A DNA stretch of 64,000 nucleotides from a virus. Below are positions 1-9,606 of the stretch, piece by piece; position 1 is the first letter of the stretch; each line of letters opens with the position of its first letter. The translations under genes were made by a program, and so were the position numbers. The stretch is from positions 32,001 through 96,000 of the IMG/VR virus record IMGVR_UViG_3300021256_000006; one strand, written 5' to 3'. The notes beneath the pieces are model-generated. The model was not told the DNA's origin, ran no database searches, and saw only the letters and a program-made list of their open reading frames with translations.

Positions 1-54
1 TTCCATTCCTCATTCCTCATTCCTAATCCCAAATTCAATTAAATTTTTACGACT
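1..54 (+). repeat. Intergenic tandem-repeat tract (TTCCTMA heptamers); looks like the right arm of an element-X copy cut by the window edge
   Basis: ttccattcctcattcctcattcctaat is readable directly; same units as 1079-1110. Confidence 0.6.
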
Positions 55-1017
55 ATGACACAAGAAGAAATTATCCGCATCGCAACACAGGCAGCTATTG
101 CCGCAGTAAAAGCAATGGGCACAACAGCGCCACAAGTGAATAACTCTGCATCATCAAGGAGCGACAAGCCAAAGGCGCTCCCTGATGCAAAGGCGAATGC
201 CATTGGAAGCATCGTGGCAGAAGCCGCTACGGAAGCCGCCAAAAATGGCAAGAGAGTAGAGGCGCCCAAGGGCACCGCTATATTCATGGAGTATAGCGAG
301 AAACAGTTTGCCCTATGGGGTGACACGAAGGAAGTCCGCAATACGCTCAAAGAGTATGGAGCGAAAAAATGGGGCATCATCTGGGGGTTCATCCCCGATG
401 GCTGCAAAGAGGAAAACAAGGCCGAAGGCTGGTTCTTCCCCAAGAAAAACCTCGAAGAACACGGTGGAAAGACTGCACTCTTCAAGGCACTCAAAGCTCT
501 CGGAGTAAAAGTTACAGAGGGCGCAAGCCTAAAGGAGAAGACGGAGGCACACCGTGCCGCCATCGCCAAGGATAAGGCAGAGGAAGCTCCCAAGTCTGCT
601 CCCAAGACAAAGGATAGCAAACCAAAGGAGAGCAAGCCCAAGACAGAGCCAAAGCCAAAGGTCATCCCTATCAGGGTTGACGAGTATGAAGGCATCGCCA
701 TTGGAACGAAGAAACAAGAGAGTGGTGTCACATTCCAAGCCTATCCCGATGAGCCAGATGTGTTCTTCCGTGAGGACAAAATCTACCTCTGTATTGGGGA
801 GATAGGCGGGGAAAGCGCATTCCTCTTTGTCGGCAAGAAGGTTGATGGAGCGGTACCACCGCATATCAGACAGACTGCCGAGGACGGCATCCTCGTCGCA
901 ATCTCGAAGGGGATTGTCACCAAGGTTCATCAGTATATTATTGACGCATTCAAGGCTCTCGACGACAAATCCGGTTACAACTGGCTCGTCAAAGAGGGCT
1001 ATGTGAAAGCAGCGTGA
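55..1017 (+). CDS. Hypothetical protein with Lys/Pro/Glu-rich central linker
   Basis: 320-aa ORF with ATG in ACTATG context; linker KPKESKPKTEPKPK; no family recognised; ends in -KAA. Confidence 0.6.
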   Translation: MTQEEIIRIATQAAIAAVKAMGTTAPQVNNSASSRSDKPKALPDAKANAIGSIVAEAATEAAKNGKRVEAPKGTAIFMEYSEKQFALWGDTKEVRNTLKEYGAKKWGIIWGFIPDGCKEENKAEGWFFPKKNLEEHGGKTALFKALKALGVKVTEGASLKEKTEAHRAAIAKDKAEEAPKSAPKTKDSKPKESKPKTEPKPKVIPIRVDEYEGIAIGTKKQESGVTFQAYPDEPDVFFREDKIYLCIGEIGGESAFLFVGKKVDGAVPPHIRQTAEDGILVAISKGIVTKVHQYIIDAFKALDDKSGYNWLVKEGYVKAA

Positions 1018-1023
1018 AACTAA

Positions 1024-1129
1024 ATGAGGAGTTAGGAATTAGGAATTAGGAATTGATACCATGCCATCAGCATAACATTCCATTCCTCATTCCTCATTCC
1101 AAATTCCTAATTGTATCAACTCCTAATTC
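1024..1129 (+). repeat. Element X copy 1: large imperfect hairpin (AGGAATT-repeat arm, ~24-nt conserved core, AATTCCT-repeat arm, TTGTATCAAC)
   Basis: Arms are reverse-complementary heptamer repeats; core gataccatgccatcagcataacat; 1055-1109 matches the reverse complement of 14637-14691 at 53/55 positions. Confidence 0.75.
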
Positions 1130-1140
1130 TTTCAACGATT

Positions 1141-2178
1141 ATGGCTAAAAAGAAAAAACAATTTATCTCCGATTATAGCGCAAAGCGCATCGGAGACCTC
1201 ATAGAGGAAGTATTGAATAATGCGGAAAAGGTGCGGTGGCAAAAGCCGTGGCTTGATGTGGCAAGTGTGGAAACGCCTTGCCGCAACATTGATAGACCAG
1301 ACCCTTATCAAGGGGTTAATGCCGGACTCCTTCAGCTCGTAATGAGCGTGAAAGGCTACCGCACTCCATTGTTTGTGACTGGGGATAAAGCTCGTGACAT
1401 GGGGCTTTCTATCAAGAAGCAAGACAATGGCGACCGAGAGGAAGCATGGCCCGTGTTCAAGTGGCTCCATCTTATCTACGACAAAGATGGCAACCGCATC
1501 ACCTACGAGCAGTATTGCGACCTCGACGAAGAAGAGCAGCAGCAATGCCGAGAGCGTTGGTCACTCCGTGGCTATCTCGTCTATAACATTGACCAGACCA
1601 CTATGAAGGAAGATCTGCCAAACACTTATGCTAAATTCCTGGCCCTCTATCCTGAGGAAAAGGAGGTGCGCACCATGAAGGCAGAGGAAGACACCGTTGA
1701 CGAGGCATTGGACTATGTGCTTTCCACAGAGGGTGCATGGAGATGCCCAATTCATCATTCAATTAGCCACAAGGCTTATTATTCACCTGCCGAGGATGGC
1801 ATTCACCTCCCAATGAGGGAGCAGTTCAAGACAAACTCCGCTTATTATGGCGTGGCGCTTCATGAGATGGCGCACAGCACCAAGGGCGAGAAGAACATGA
1901 AGCGTGACTATGGGAGCAAAGGTTTTGGCTCCGAGGGCTATGCCCTTGAGGAATTGGTGGCAGAGTTCACTTCCGCATTCGTCGGACTTGACCGAGGTCA
2001 CACAAAGACTATCGACCAAGAGCACATCGCCTATGTGCAGAGTTGGCGCAAAGCCATCAAGAAGCACGATGTGGTAAGTACCATTGTTGACGACCTGATG
2101 AAAGCCGTCAATTACGAGATACGCATACTCCGAGAGACAGATACGATGCTTGCCGCTCCAAGCGCAGAGGCAGCATGA
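1141..2178 (+). CDS. ArdC-like antirestriction protein (ssDNA-binding N-domain plus zincin metallopeptidase C-domain)
   Basis: ORF 1111-2178 trimmed to the first ATG (GATTATGGCT). N-terminal motifs QKPW and PYQGVNAGLL; C-terminal HEMAHS (HExxH) and EELVAEF, as in the ArdC/DUF1738 family. Ends in -EAA. Confidence 0.7.
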   Translation: MAKKKKQFISDYSAKRIGDLIEEVLNNAEKVRWQKPWLDVASVETPCRNIDRPDPYQGVNAGLLQLVMSVKGYRTPLFVTGDKARDMGLSIKKQDNGDREEAWPVFKWLHLIYDKDGNRITYEQYCDLDEEEQQQCRERWSLRGYLVYNIDQTTMKEDLPNTYAKFLALYPEEKEVRTMKAEEDTVDEALDYVLSTEGAWRCPIHHSISHKAYYSPAEDGIHLPMREQFKTNSAYYGVALHEMAHSTKGEKNMKRDYGSKGFGSEGYALEELVAEFTSAFVGLDRGHTKTIDQEHIAYVQSWRKAIKKHDVVSTIVDDLMKAVNYEIRILRETDTMLAAPSAEAA

Positions 2179-2182
2179 TGCG

Positions 2183-2299
2183 GAGTTAGGAATTAGGAGT
2201 TAGGAATTAGGAATGAAATGTCATACCATTGGCAGAGTATCAATTCCTCATTCCTCATTCCTCATTCCTAATTCTATCAACATTCCTCATTCCTAATTC
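2183..2299 (+). repeat. Element X copy 2 (core flipped relative to copy 1)
   Basis: gagttaggaattaggagttaggaattaggaat / core gaaatgtcataccattggcagagtatc / aattcctcattcctcattcctcattcctaatt, then CTATCAAC. Confidence 0.7.
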
Positions 2300-2309
2300 T
2301 TAAACAACT

Positions 2310-2816
2310 ATGGCAAATCTTATGAACGGCACACTCTCTGCCATACTCAAGCAATCGCTTGACGAGAGAGCAAAAACGGATGCAGACTTTGCATCCAAGT
2401 ATAAAACAAAAAAAATCGAAGACTGCGTGTCTGCCATCTATGCTGCATTGGAAAGCATGGCAAGGAAAGCGGTCAGCGGTTCTGGTGGTGCTGCCGCCTG
2501 TGGTAGTGACGACCTGCTTGTCTCTGCCGCTGTCCATTGGTATGATGAGGAAAAACCCACGACCGAAAGCGTCGTGGCAATCCTCGAAGGTGGTACGGAA
2601 ATCATCAAGCAGAACAAACCGACGAAGCAAGCCAAGACTGCCGACGCCAAACCAACCGCAAAGCCCGCACCAACTGCCAAGCCAGCCGCAAAGCCAGCAC
2701 CGACACCAAAGCCAACTCCCAAGCCGATTCCGAAGATGGAGATTGTCAAGCCATCTGCAGCACCTATGACAGACGATGATGACGATGACGACGATGACAT
2801 TGATTTGTTCAGCTAA
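2310..2816 (+). CDS. PcfK-like protein (AcrIIA9-family candidate) with (A/T)KP-repeat linker and poly-Asp tail
   Basis: N-terminal AKTDADFASKY..IEDC..AAVHWYDEE matches PcfK-like proteins as I recall them. Sits immediately upstream of a PcfJ-like gene. C-terminus is AKPTAKPAPTAKPAAKPAPTPKPTPKP followed by DDDDDDDDD. Confidence 0.6.
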   Translation: MANLMNGTLSAILKQSLDERAKTDADFASKYKTKKIEDCVSAIYAALESMARKAVSGSGGAAACGSDDLLVSAAVHWYDEEKPTTESVVAILEGGTEIIKQNKPTKQAKTADAKPTAKPAPTAKPAAKPAPTPKPTPKPIPKMEIVKPSAAPMTDDDDDDDDDIDLFS

Positions 2817-2884
2817 TCGTCAGGGTAGGGGGACGCAGAGAATATTCCCCCTATCCACCAAGTATTATAAAAAATAGGAGGACT

Positions 2885-3067
2885 ATGGACAAGATTTGTA
2901 AAGGATGCCACTACAATCGTGGTTATTGGTGCAACCGATTGGTTATTCCTGGAGGAATGGGAATGCACGACAGAGTTGCAAGTGATTATCTGAAAGACAA
3001 TAAATGCAATTATTTCGAGGCAGGTCATTCAGAACCAACAACCAAACCTAATTTTGAAAATTCATAA
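2885..3067 (+). CDS. Small Cys-rich hypothetical protein (60 aa)
   Basis: ORF with CKGC...WC...KC pattern that fits the gap between neighbouring genes; no family recognised. Confidence 0.35.
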   Translation: MDKICKGCHYNRGYWCNRLVIPGGMGMHDRVASDYLKDNKCNYFEAGHSEPTTKPNFENS

Positions 3068-3082
3068 TTGGAGGACAAAACT

Positions 3083-4441
3083 ATGACGGAAATCGAACAC
3101 ATCAACGCATTGTTGGAGAAAAACACTCCGACATTTGGCGAAAGCGATATGATGGGTATCGCTTGTGACATTGAAGCAGATTTGGATTGGAACTATTATC
3201 CGGATAATGACGCAGAGGTGGCCATTGCCACTCATGCAGACGACTATCAAATAATAACCAACCATGTCATGTATATGTTACAGAAAGTCCACTGGAAAGA
3301 CCTTGACGGTGTGGAGCATGATGGAGAATATGACGAATGGGAAGACTATTATAGCTCGCTTAGTGATGTTGAGCGAGATAATTACGACAACGGATACGAT
3401 GACTTGTTCGATTATTATATGAAAGTCGAAGACGAGGGGGCGTATCGTCAATATTGGTACAATGTCAAGACTGGTGCTTGCTTTGTTCGTGACAGGCTTC
3501 TCGATCATCCAAAATATGGTACTATCAATAATGTCGAAGGAGAGTGGACGCCTCTGAAGGCTATCAAGCCATGCGAGGCGATAGATGAAGCCTATTACAA
3601 GGTTGATTTCAGCATCCATCCTCTTCTCGAAGAGAGAGGCTATGAATGTTTTTCCGCTCAGGAATACAACGATGCCACCGACCCAACAAACGACCATATC
3701 ATTGAGAATCGGATGCAGTTCTTCGATGGCATGAGAACAAATCCACAGTTGTGTTCGGTCATCCGTTACGGAGGATTGAAGATGCTTGGGCTTGTGTCTG
3801 GCGAACACCGTGAGCAATACATTACTGCCGTTAAGATTGCCAACCGACATCGCTATATGCCAGCCGACAAAGGAATGTGGATGGATTACCTTCACGACCT
3901 CATCGAATTGGGCAAAGACCTTCACAATCCATTTTATGTATGCCCCGAAGATTTGAGGGCTGCACATGAGAAATACCACCGCCTCTATGTTAGAGAAATG
4001 GAGAAGAGAGAAAAGGAAAGACGATTGCAGGAACTTATTGCCCGTTCCAAGCCCTATGCACAACGCATTGCTCCATTCCTTTCTCTTGCCTGGCACACCG
4101 ACCAGTATGCCGTGTTTGTCTGCCCATCGGTGGAAGATATGGTGGAGGAAGGACAGAAGATGCACCACTGCGTAGGCATTATGGGCTACGACAAGAAGCC
4201 CGACTCCCTCATCCTCTTCTGCCGCACTCCACAAGGAGAGCGTATCAGCACGATTGAGTACAGCATCAGTCGTGGCAAGGTGTTGCAAAACCGAGCCGCC
4301 TGCAACAAAGTTCCCCTCTATCTTGACGAGGTGAACAAGATGCTTGAAAAGGATGCAGAGCGCATCAGGTCTTGCAAACTTATCAGCATCAACAAAAACA
4401 AAGTTCAACCAGCAGCCGAGGCAATCGCCTTGGCTGCATAA
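3083..4441 (+). CDS. PcfJ-like protein
   Basis: ORF 3068 (TTG) trimmed to ATG 3083. C-terminal GKDLHNPFYVCPEDLRAAHEKY ... EEGQKMHHCVG ... KPDSLILF resembles the Bacteroides PcfJ-like family. Ends in -ALAA. Confidence 0.65.
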   Translation: MTEIEHINALLEKNTPTFGESDMMGIACDIEADLDWNYYPDNDAEVAIATHADDYQIITNHVMYMLQKVHWKDLDGVEHDGEYDEWEDYYSSLSDVERDNYDNGYDDLFDYYMKVEDEGAYRQYWYNVKTGACFVRDRLLDHPKYGTINNVEGEWTPLKAIKPCEAIDEAYYKVDFSIHPLLEERGYECFSAQEYNDATDPTNDHIIENRMQFFDGMRTNPQLCSVIRYGGLKMLGLVSGEHREQYITAVKIANRHRYMPADKGMWMDYLHDLIELGKDLHNPFYVCPEDLRAAHEKYHRLYVREMEKREKERRLQELIARSKPYAQRIAPFLSLAWHTDQYAVFVCPSVEDMVEEGQKMHHCVGIMGYDKKPDSLILFCRTPQGERISTIEYSISRGKVLQNRAACNKVPLYLDEVNKMLEKDAERIRSCKLISINKNKVQPAAEAIALAA

Positions 4442-4452
4442 TACTACGAATT

Positions 4453-4944
4453 ATGGCACACAGCAAAATTTTTCAAGTTAGCGAAGCTCCTATCGACAAG
4501 GACGACTTCAAAAGCTCGTATGATTATTGCGATAACCATCAAGAATTTGCCGACTGGATTGGCGATAACGTGGAAGATGAAGTAGAACGAAAAAAGTATA
4601 TTGAGTATCTCGTCAAAGAATTGGATGGCACATTCTCCATGGGTGAGAATGACACATTGGTGTTCAATGGTAAAAAGCCGCTCAACAAATTCTTGGAGGC
4701 ATGGGCAAACAAACTACAAGAACTTGCTAAAAGCATAACGAAAGATACAATCACAAGCAGCTCTGCCCTTAGCGACCTTCGCCATGTGGCAAGCGACACT
4801 CACAAGAACTCCGACTATAGATTTGACATTGAGAGCTGGACGGGTTATGCCGCACCTCTCTGCGAATTTATTGACTTTATATCAAATAGGTTAAAGAAAG
4901 GCGACAAAGTTTACATCGGAGCAATTATTGATTTTCACTATTAA
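4453..4944 (+). CDS. Hypothetical protein (163 aa)
   Basis: ORF 4372-4944 trimmed to ATG 4453 (AATTATGGCA context), just after the upstream stop. Confidence 0.5.
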   Translation: MAHSKIFQVSEAPIDKDDFKSSYDYCDNHQEFADWIGDNVEDEVERKKYIEYLVKELDGTFSMGENDTLVFNGKKPLNKFLEAWANKLQELAKSITKDTITSSSALSDLRHVASDTHKNSDYRFDIESWTGYAAPLCEFIDFISNRLKKGDKVYIGAIIDFHY

Positions 4945-4956
4945 AAAACAACAACT

Positions 4957-5118
4957 ATGGCAATACAAATTTCAATTTACAACCTGCGAACAAAGCAAAA
5001 GGATATTCGTTATATATATGACGAATCAAAAAATGTCGAGATTTGGAACGCTCAAAGAATACTCACAAATGAGACTTCGTGCAAAGGCTTTGATATGGTA
5101 TTAACTGAAATTGTATAA
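4957..5118 (+). CDS. Small hypothetical protein (53 aa)
   Basis: Not in the ORF track (<60 aa). ACAACTATGGCAA start context identical to neighbouring genes; open to TAA at 5116. Confidence 0.3.
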   Translation: MAIQISIYNLRTKQKDIRYIYDESKNVEIWNAQRILTNETSCKGFDMVLTEIV

Positions 5119-5168
5119 AGTATGGCAATACGTTATAAGAACCTGATAAGAGATAAGGAGGAACAGTT

Positions 5169-5705
5169 ATGGATAAAGAAATGAGAAAAAGACTCGAAAA
5201 GTTTGGTCGAGTTGAGGAAGATTCAAAAACTTGGGTGCATCCTTGGGAAACCTATTGGAGATTGTATTGCAAGAAACATCACGGCTTACTTGTAAAGATT
5301 CTTAGCAAGATGTACCCAGACTACACATTTTCACTGGGTGAGAGCCATATTTGCGGAACGATTTTCCAAGTAATCATAATAAACAAAAAAGGAATGACTA
5401 TGGCAAAGAAAAAAATATGGCTTGTCACACAAGAAAGCAATGTGGACGGAGAAATAACATTCAATGTGACGCCTTGCAAGGATTTAGGTACAGCCATCCG
5501 AACAATGAAGAAGGAAATAGACACAATCCTGGACGAGTCGCAAAAGTACAAGGATGCCCGCAGATGGATGGAAGGTGACGACACACTCAACTACGACGAT
5601 TGCCCCTTTGTATGGGAAAATGAAAACCATGACTCGTGGTATCTTAAAGTCATTAACGATGACTACTACGAAGACTTACGAATTGAAGAAAAGGAAATAA
5701 TTTAG
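5169..5705 (+). CDS. Hypothetical protein (178 aa; alternative start at 5400)
   Basis: ORF track; internal GACTATGGCAAAG context at 5397-5408 would give a 101-aa product. Confidence 0.5.
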   Translation: MDKEMRKRLEKFGRVEEDSKTWVHPWETYWRLYCKKHHGLLVKILSKMYPDYTFSLGESHICGTIFQVIIINKKGMTMAKKKIWLVTQESNVDGEITFNVTPCKDLGTAIRTMKKEIDTILDESQKYKDARRWMEGDDTLNYDDCPFVWENENHDSWYLKVINDDYYEDLRIEEKEII

Positions 5706-5717
5706 GAGGACAACACC

Positions 5718-6197
5718 ATGCTAATAGATTTAATTCTCAATCGCAAAGACGGTCAGCCCTACAACGCAAAGAAGTTCTATGATGCCGTAACTTCTTACCT
5801 CGACACTTTCCACTGCTACATCGGATTGGCAAGGGCGCTCGACGGTGGCGAAGAAGAGGACGTTATCACCGAACTCTGCGACTACATCAAAAGTGGAAAC
5901 TACAACCTCAACATCTGCGACTACATCAGCAGCGTGAAGTGGTTGGAAGACGACGAGCCAGAAAAGACAGAACAGCGTTCCGTTTGGCTACGCATTGGAG
6001 TGGTGGTAACAGGAACAGCGGAAGAAATCGAAGCCTTGTTCCAAGAAGAGGGTGCAGATAAAGCACTCCAAAAATTGCTTGACAACAAGCAATATGAGTT
6101 TGATGGCGACACTTACATCCCAGAATATTGTGTCGAAACCTACAATGAGGAATATCACACCGACCATGAAGTCGGTGAATACGAATTTAATGTATAA
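5718..6197 (+). CDS. Hypothetical acidic protein (159 aa)
   Basis: ORF track; tight spacing with neighbours; no family recognised. Confidence 0.5.
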   Translation: MLIDLILNRKDGQPYNAKKFYDAVTSYLDTFHCYIGLARALDGGEEEDVITELCDYIKSGNYNLNICDYISSVKWLEDDEPEKTEQRSVWLRIGVVVTGTAEEIEALFQEEGADKALQKLLDNKQYEFDGDTYIPEYCVETYNEEYHTDHEVGEYEFNV

Positions 6198-6253
6198 CTA
6201 AAAAAATATAACCAATAGGAACAGAAATAACAGTAAAGAAAACAACATTCGAG

Positions 6254-6469
6254 GTGGAGGGTTGCAAAGAGCCCTGCATTGAAGTAAGCAATGGCTATTG
6301 CATGGTAAGAATCAGCAAGTGCCACAGGCTGATAGGGCGGAGCTCGCTCTATATAAGAGAGTATCTGGACGGCTTCTACAATGGAGAAGACGAGTTTACG
6401 GGCAACTTTGACTCGCTATCCGATGAAGATGCAATCAGGTTGGCCAGGCAATACTCAGCATATCTATAA
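6254..6469 (+). CDS. Hypothetical small protein (GTG start; ATG alternative at 6302)
   Basis: 71-aa ORF in the + strand operon; start uncertain. Confidence 0.35.
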   Translation: MEGCKEPCIEVSNGYCMVRISKCHRLIGRSSLYIREYLDGFYNGEDEFTGNFDSLSDEDAIRLARQYSAYL

Positions 6470-6471
6470 TC

Positions 6472-6738
6472 ATGTTCCATTTAAACACCGACAAAACAAT
6501 GAAGAAACATATCAAGAACGCAATTCAATACGTGAAAGAAAATCACGAATGGAGCGAAGCGTGTGAGCAACACGCATTGGAAATCATTGACAAATGCAGA
6601 TGCCCTATTTCTCAGGCCTCCGACGAAATCACCTATGAAATTCAGCAGTTGATGAATGACTACGGCGATGATCATGACTTGCCTGAAGGCTGGTGGATGG
6701 AAGATATAGACGAGGATGAAATATTTATGAGAATATAA
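6472..6738 (+). CDS. Hypothetical acidic protein (88 aa)
   Basis: ORF track; starts 3 nt after the previous stop; next gene starts 2 nt after its stop. Confidence 0.45.
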   Translation: MFHLNTDKTMKKHIKNAIQYVKENHEWSEACEQHALEIIDKCRCPISQASDEITYEIQQLMNDYGDDHDLPEGWWMEDIDEDEIFMRI

Positions 6739-6739
6739 T

Positions 6740-7354
6740 ATGGAAAAGACAATTATTCAGCAGTTCAATGAACTGAAAGAGAAGCACCCAACGGCAATCC
6801 TCCTGTTCCGGTGTGGCGACTTCTACGTAACCTACGAGGATGATGCTCAAATCTGTGCAAACGTGTTGGGCATCACCCTTACCAAACGAACAAGCGACGG
6901 CACTCGCACGGCAGGTTTTCCTTACCATGCTCTTGACACATATCTTCCCAAATTGGTACGATACGTGAATCAACCCGAAAGCATTATGAAACGTATCGCT
7001 ATCTGTGACCAGTTGGAAGACCCACAGACCCAAAAACTTGTGAAGCGAGGCAGTAACGAATTAACCAAACAAGGAGGACTAACAATGAAACTTTTCCACG
7101 ATGTAGGCATTAACGAGCCTTGCCGTGACATCAAAGTCAACGGCAGAAAAATCATGGCAAACGTGTGGGGAGGGCAGACGGAAGTCACCCTCACCACATG
7201 GAGCGAAATCCGACGACTGGGGTTCAAGAAAAGAGAGCGAGCCTTCGGCAACCTTAACGACGGAACTCCCGCACTCTACTTTCAAGCATGGGACGAACAA
7301 AACAATAACCACTGGTTTCTCACCACAGAGAAACTTGAAGAGCTGGAGGACTGA
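6740..7354 (+). CDS. Orphan MutS domain-I (mismatch-binding N-terminal domain) protein with an unknown C-terminal domain
   Basis: [32 protein letters not shown]...LGITLTKR...[16 protein letters not shown]...[10 protein letters not shown] aligns by eye to E. coli MutS residues ~12-115. No connector, core or ATPase domains present. Confidence 0.75.
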   Translation: MEKTIIQQFNELKEKHPTAILLFRCGDFYVTYEDDAQICANVLGITLTKRTSDGTRTAGFPYHALDTYLPKLVRYVNQPESIMKRIAICDQLEDPQTQKLVKRGSNELTKQGGLTMKLFHDVGINEPCRDIKVNGRKIMANVWGGQTEVTLTTWSEIRRLGFKKRERAFGNLNDGTPALYFQAWDEQNNNHWFLTTEKLEELED

Positions 7355-7510
7355 CAATGACCTACAAACGATTTCACCGCATCATGAATGGTAGGAGTTA
7401 CACCATCACAACCCACCAGCCTGACGTGCCGGACACACTCCGCATATCGAGAGACAAAATGATTGTGTTTAACTATATCAAATAAATTCATCATCTAAAT
7501 CATCACAACT

Positions 7511-8611
7511 ATGGAAACTATGACAGCAAACGGAGTGACTTACTACCAAGATTGGGAAAAGTCAGAGGGTCACATCTATATGGTAAAGCCCAAGACCATC
7601 AATCGCTACATAAAAATTAAAGAAGAGCATCCACGAGAAGAAGCCTACGGTGTGTTTTTTGCTTTCAGCAAGGAACAGTTTCAGGAAGGCTACAAATCGC
7701 TGGTGCGACGTGGTTACATCAAGGATGGCGACAAGATAACACCCGGTGCTATGGGCATCTATGGCACCGCTGATGAAATAGCACGATTCTTCGATTTCTA
7801 CAATGAACGAGACAAGCGCATCGCTAAGGAGTGCGACCCACAAGAGGTGTATTTCTACGAGTGGAACAACCACGAATGTATGTTTGGCGATGATGACGAT
7901 GTGGTGAAACTCATTGCAGACTACTTCGGCAAGGAAGCAGCCCACAAAATTCATCGGGTGGGAGGTGGAAGGGACATCAACATTCTTGTTCCAATTACCG
8001 AACGAGACCACCACCTGCAAGCCCATGAGCATGACATCCTGCTTCTCTCACGGCTGAAGTATGACTGCGAAGGATTCCTCAGCGAAGGTGACTGCCGACA
8101 CGCCAGACCCAGTGACCTGTGGGCAAAGGATTTGAAAATGCAGATAAAAAAGATGCGAGAGTTGTTAGGAGGACTGCCCGATGACATCAAGGGAGAATCG
8201 CCAGTTACCGAGTCTGACATTGACGACTACGAGAAGAGGATGGTTGACGAACTCTGCAAGGAATTTTCCAAACCCAAATACAATCCTGCACCTGATACAA
8301 CATTTGACGAGTACCACAACGCAGAAATCAATGACGTAGATTTATATTACCAAGACGATGACGGGAAATGGCAACGACCTACCAATGTGTGGTTTTCCAA
8401 TGATTCCAGACGCTGGCATCTCAATGATGCCAACACACACGGCAGAGCATTCACATCCTACCTTGGCAAGCATGGCACCACGTTGGCTCCAGTCTATTAC
8501 ATGAGTTGGGGGTCATTGACGAGAAGGCCCTACGTCAACCAGAGATTCTGCAACGTCACCGCCCGCTACGACCATGAATCCGAACGACTTTACGATTTTT
8601 ACAGAGAATAG
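7511..8611 (+). CDS. Hypothetical protein (366 aa)
   Basis: ORF track; CAACTATGGAA start context; no family recognised. Confidence 0.55.
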   Translation: METMTANGVTYYQDWEKSEGHIYMVKPKTINRYIKIKEEHPREEAYGVFFAFSKEQFQEGYKSLVRRGYIKDGDKITPGAMGIYGTADEIARFFDFYNERDKRIAKECDPQEVYFYEWNNHECMFGDDDDVVKLIADYFGKEAAHKIHRVGGGRDINILVPITERDHHLQAHEHDILLLSRLKYDCEGFLSEGDCRHARPSDLWAKDLKMQIKKMRELLGGLPDDIKGESPVTESDIDDYEKRMVDELCKEFSKPKYNPAPDTTFDEYHNAEINDVDLYYQDDDGKWQRPTNVWFSNDSRRWHLNDANTHGRAFTSYLGKHGTTLAPVYYMSWGSLTRRPYVNQRFCNVTARYDHESERLYDFYRE

Positions 8612-8638
8612 AAACAACAATTCAAATTCATCACAACT

Positions 8639-9529
8639 ATGGCAAAAGATTTTATCAAACAATGGGATGGCAGACGGCTTGAAGATTGGGGAAGTGTAGT
8701 TTCCAAGGAGTTCAACCAATTCCAAAACGCTTTCAAGCGTGAGGTGGAACGTCTGGCACAAGAGGGTGGGGCAAAGCTGGTGAGTTATAGCAAAGGGCAT
8801 TACGATATGAGCGGTTTCATAGAAAAGGATGGAATCTATGTGTATTTCAGCTATGGAGCACTTGACCGCACCAAAGTGCAACTCACATCTGCATCCGACT
8901 TTATCTCTCCACTCTTGATGCGAACGGCCAAGCATGAAAAGGATTTTAGTGGAGGGTCAAACAACCATATCCTCTTCACACAGTTCCTGCCCACCATGCA
9001 ACGACTGTTTAAGCAACAGCAACCAAGTGTAGTCACTACACAACCCGAACCTGTAAAGGAGGTGAAACCAAGTGTAGTCACCCCACAAAAGAGTTTAGAC
9101 CGACGCATCTATGACAAGCTGCTGGAATTGGCTCAATGGGAATTTGAACAGAATATGGAACTTGTCGGGCTTCCCGTTACAATGACAGAAGCCACTTTCA
9201 CACTGTATGAACTGACGCATGATAAACATTCCAAATATGGGCCATTTACCTTTGTGGAAAAAGACCGATGGAAAAAATTTCATATTGAAGAAGACAACTT
9301 TAAGTGTAACTTTTTATCAAGTGAAGTGTTTGCAATAGCCTATAAGTTTGAAAATCTTTGCAACATCAAACCTAAAGACAAGGCTCGTTTCCATTACGAG
9401 AAAATGAAGAAACCGGCAACGCCACTTGTCAAACAATCTTTGACAACTGAAGCCATGTGGCTCCATTATGCTAACCTCTTCTTCCTTTTCTTCAACTTTA
9501 ACCAAGCAGAGGCACAACAAGCTGCCTAA
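8639..9529 (+). CDS. Hypothetical protein (296 aa)
   Basis: ORF track; ACAACTATGGCAAAA start. C-terminus WLHYANLFFLFFNFNQAEAQQAA is paralogous to 10876-10945. Ends in -QAA. Confidence 0.55.
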   Translation: MAKDFIKQWDGRRLEDWGSVVSKEFNQFQNAFKREVERLAQEGGAKLVSYSKGHYDMSGFIEKDGIYVYFSYGALDRTKVQLTSASDFISPLLMRTAKHEKDFSGGSNNHILFTQFLPTMQRLFKQQQPSVVTTQPEPVKEVKPSVVTPQKSLDRRIYDKLLELAQWEFEQNMELVGLPVTMTEATFTLYELTHDKHSKYGPFTFVEKDRWKKFHIEEDNFKCNFLSSEVFAIAYKFENLCNIKPKDKARFHYEKMKKPATPLVKQSLTTEAMWLHYANLFFLFFNFNQAEAQQAA

Positions 9530-9606
9530 CCCCCAGGGTGTGTGAGTGTAGCAAATATCTCACACATCCACTAATTTCAAATTCATCATCTAAATCATCA
9601 ACAATT

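Noticed and set aside
3278-4408. 376-aa minus-strand ORF
   Set aside because: It is antisense to the PcfJ-like gene, whose conserved motifs are on the + strand.
9538-9606. Upstream ORF-track extensions (9538, 1111, 3068, 4372, 33014, 38934, 49967, 56173, 30729)
   Set aside because: The extensions start at non-ATG codons or run through promoter boxes or repeat tracts. A downstream ATG in the conserved AYTATGGCA-type context fits the gene spacing better.
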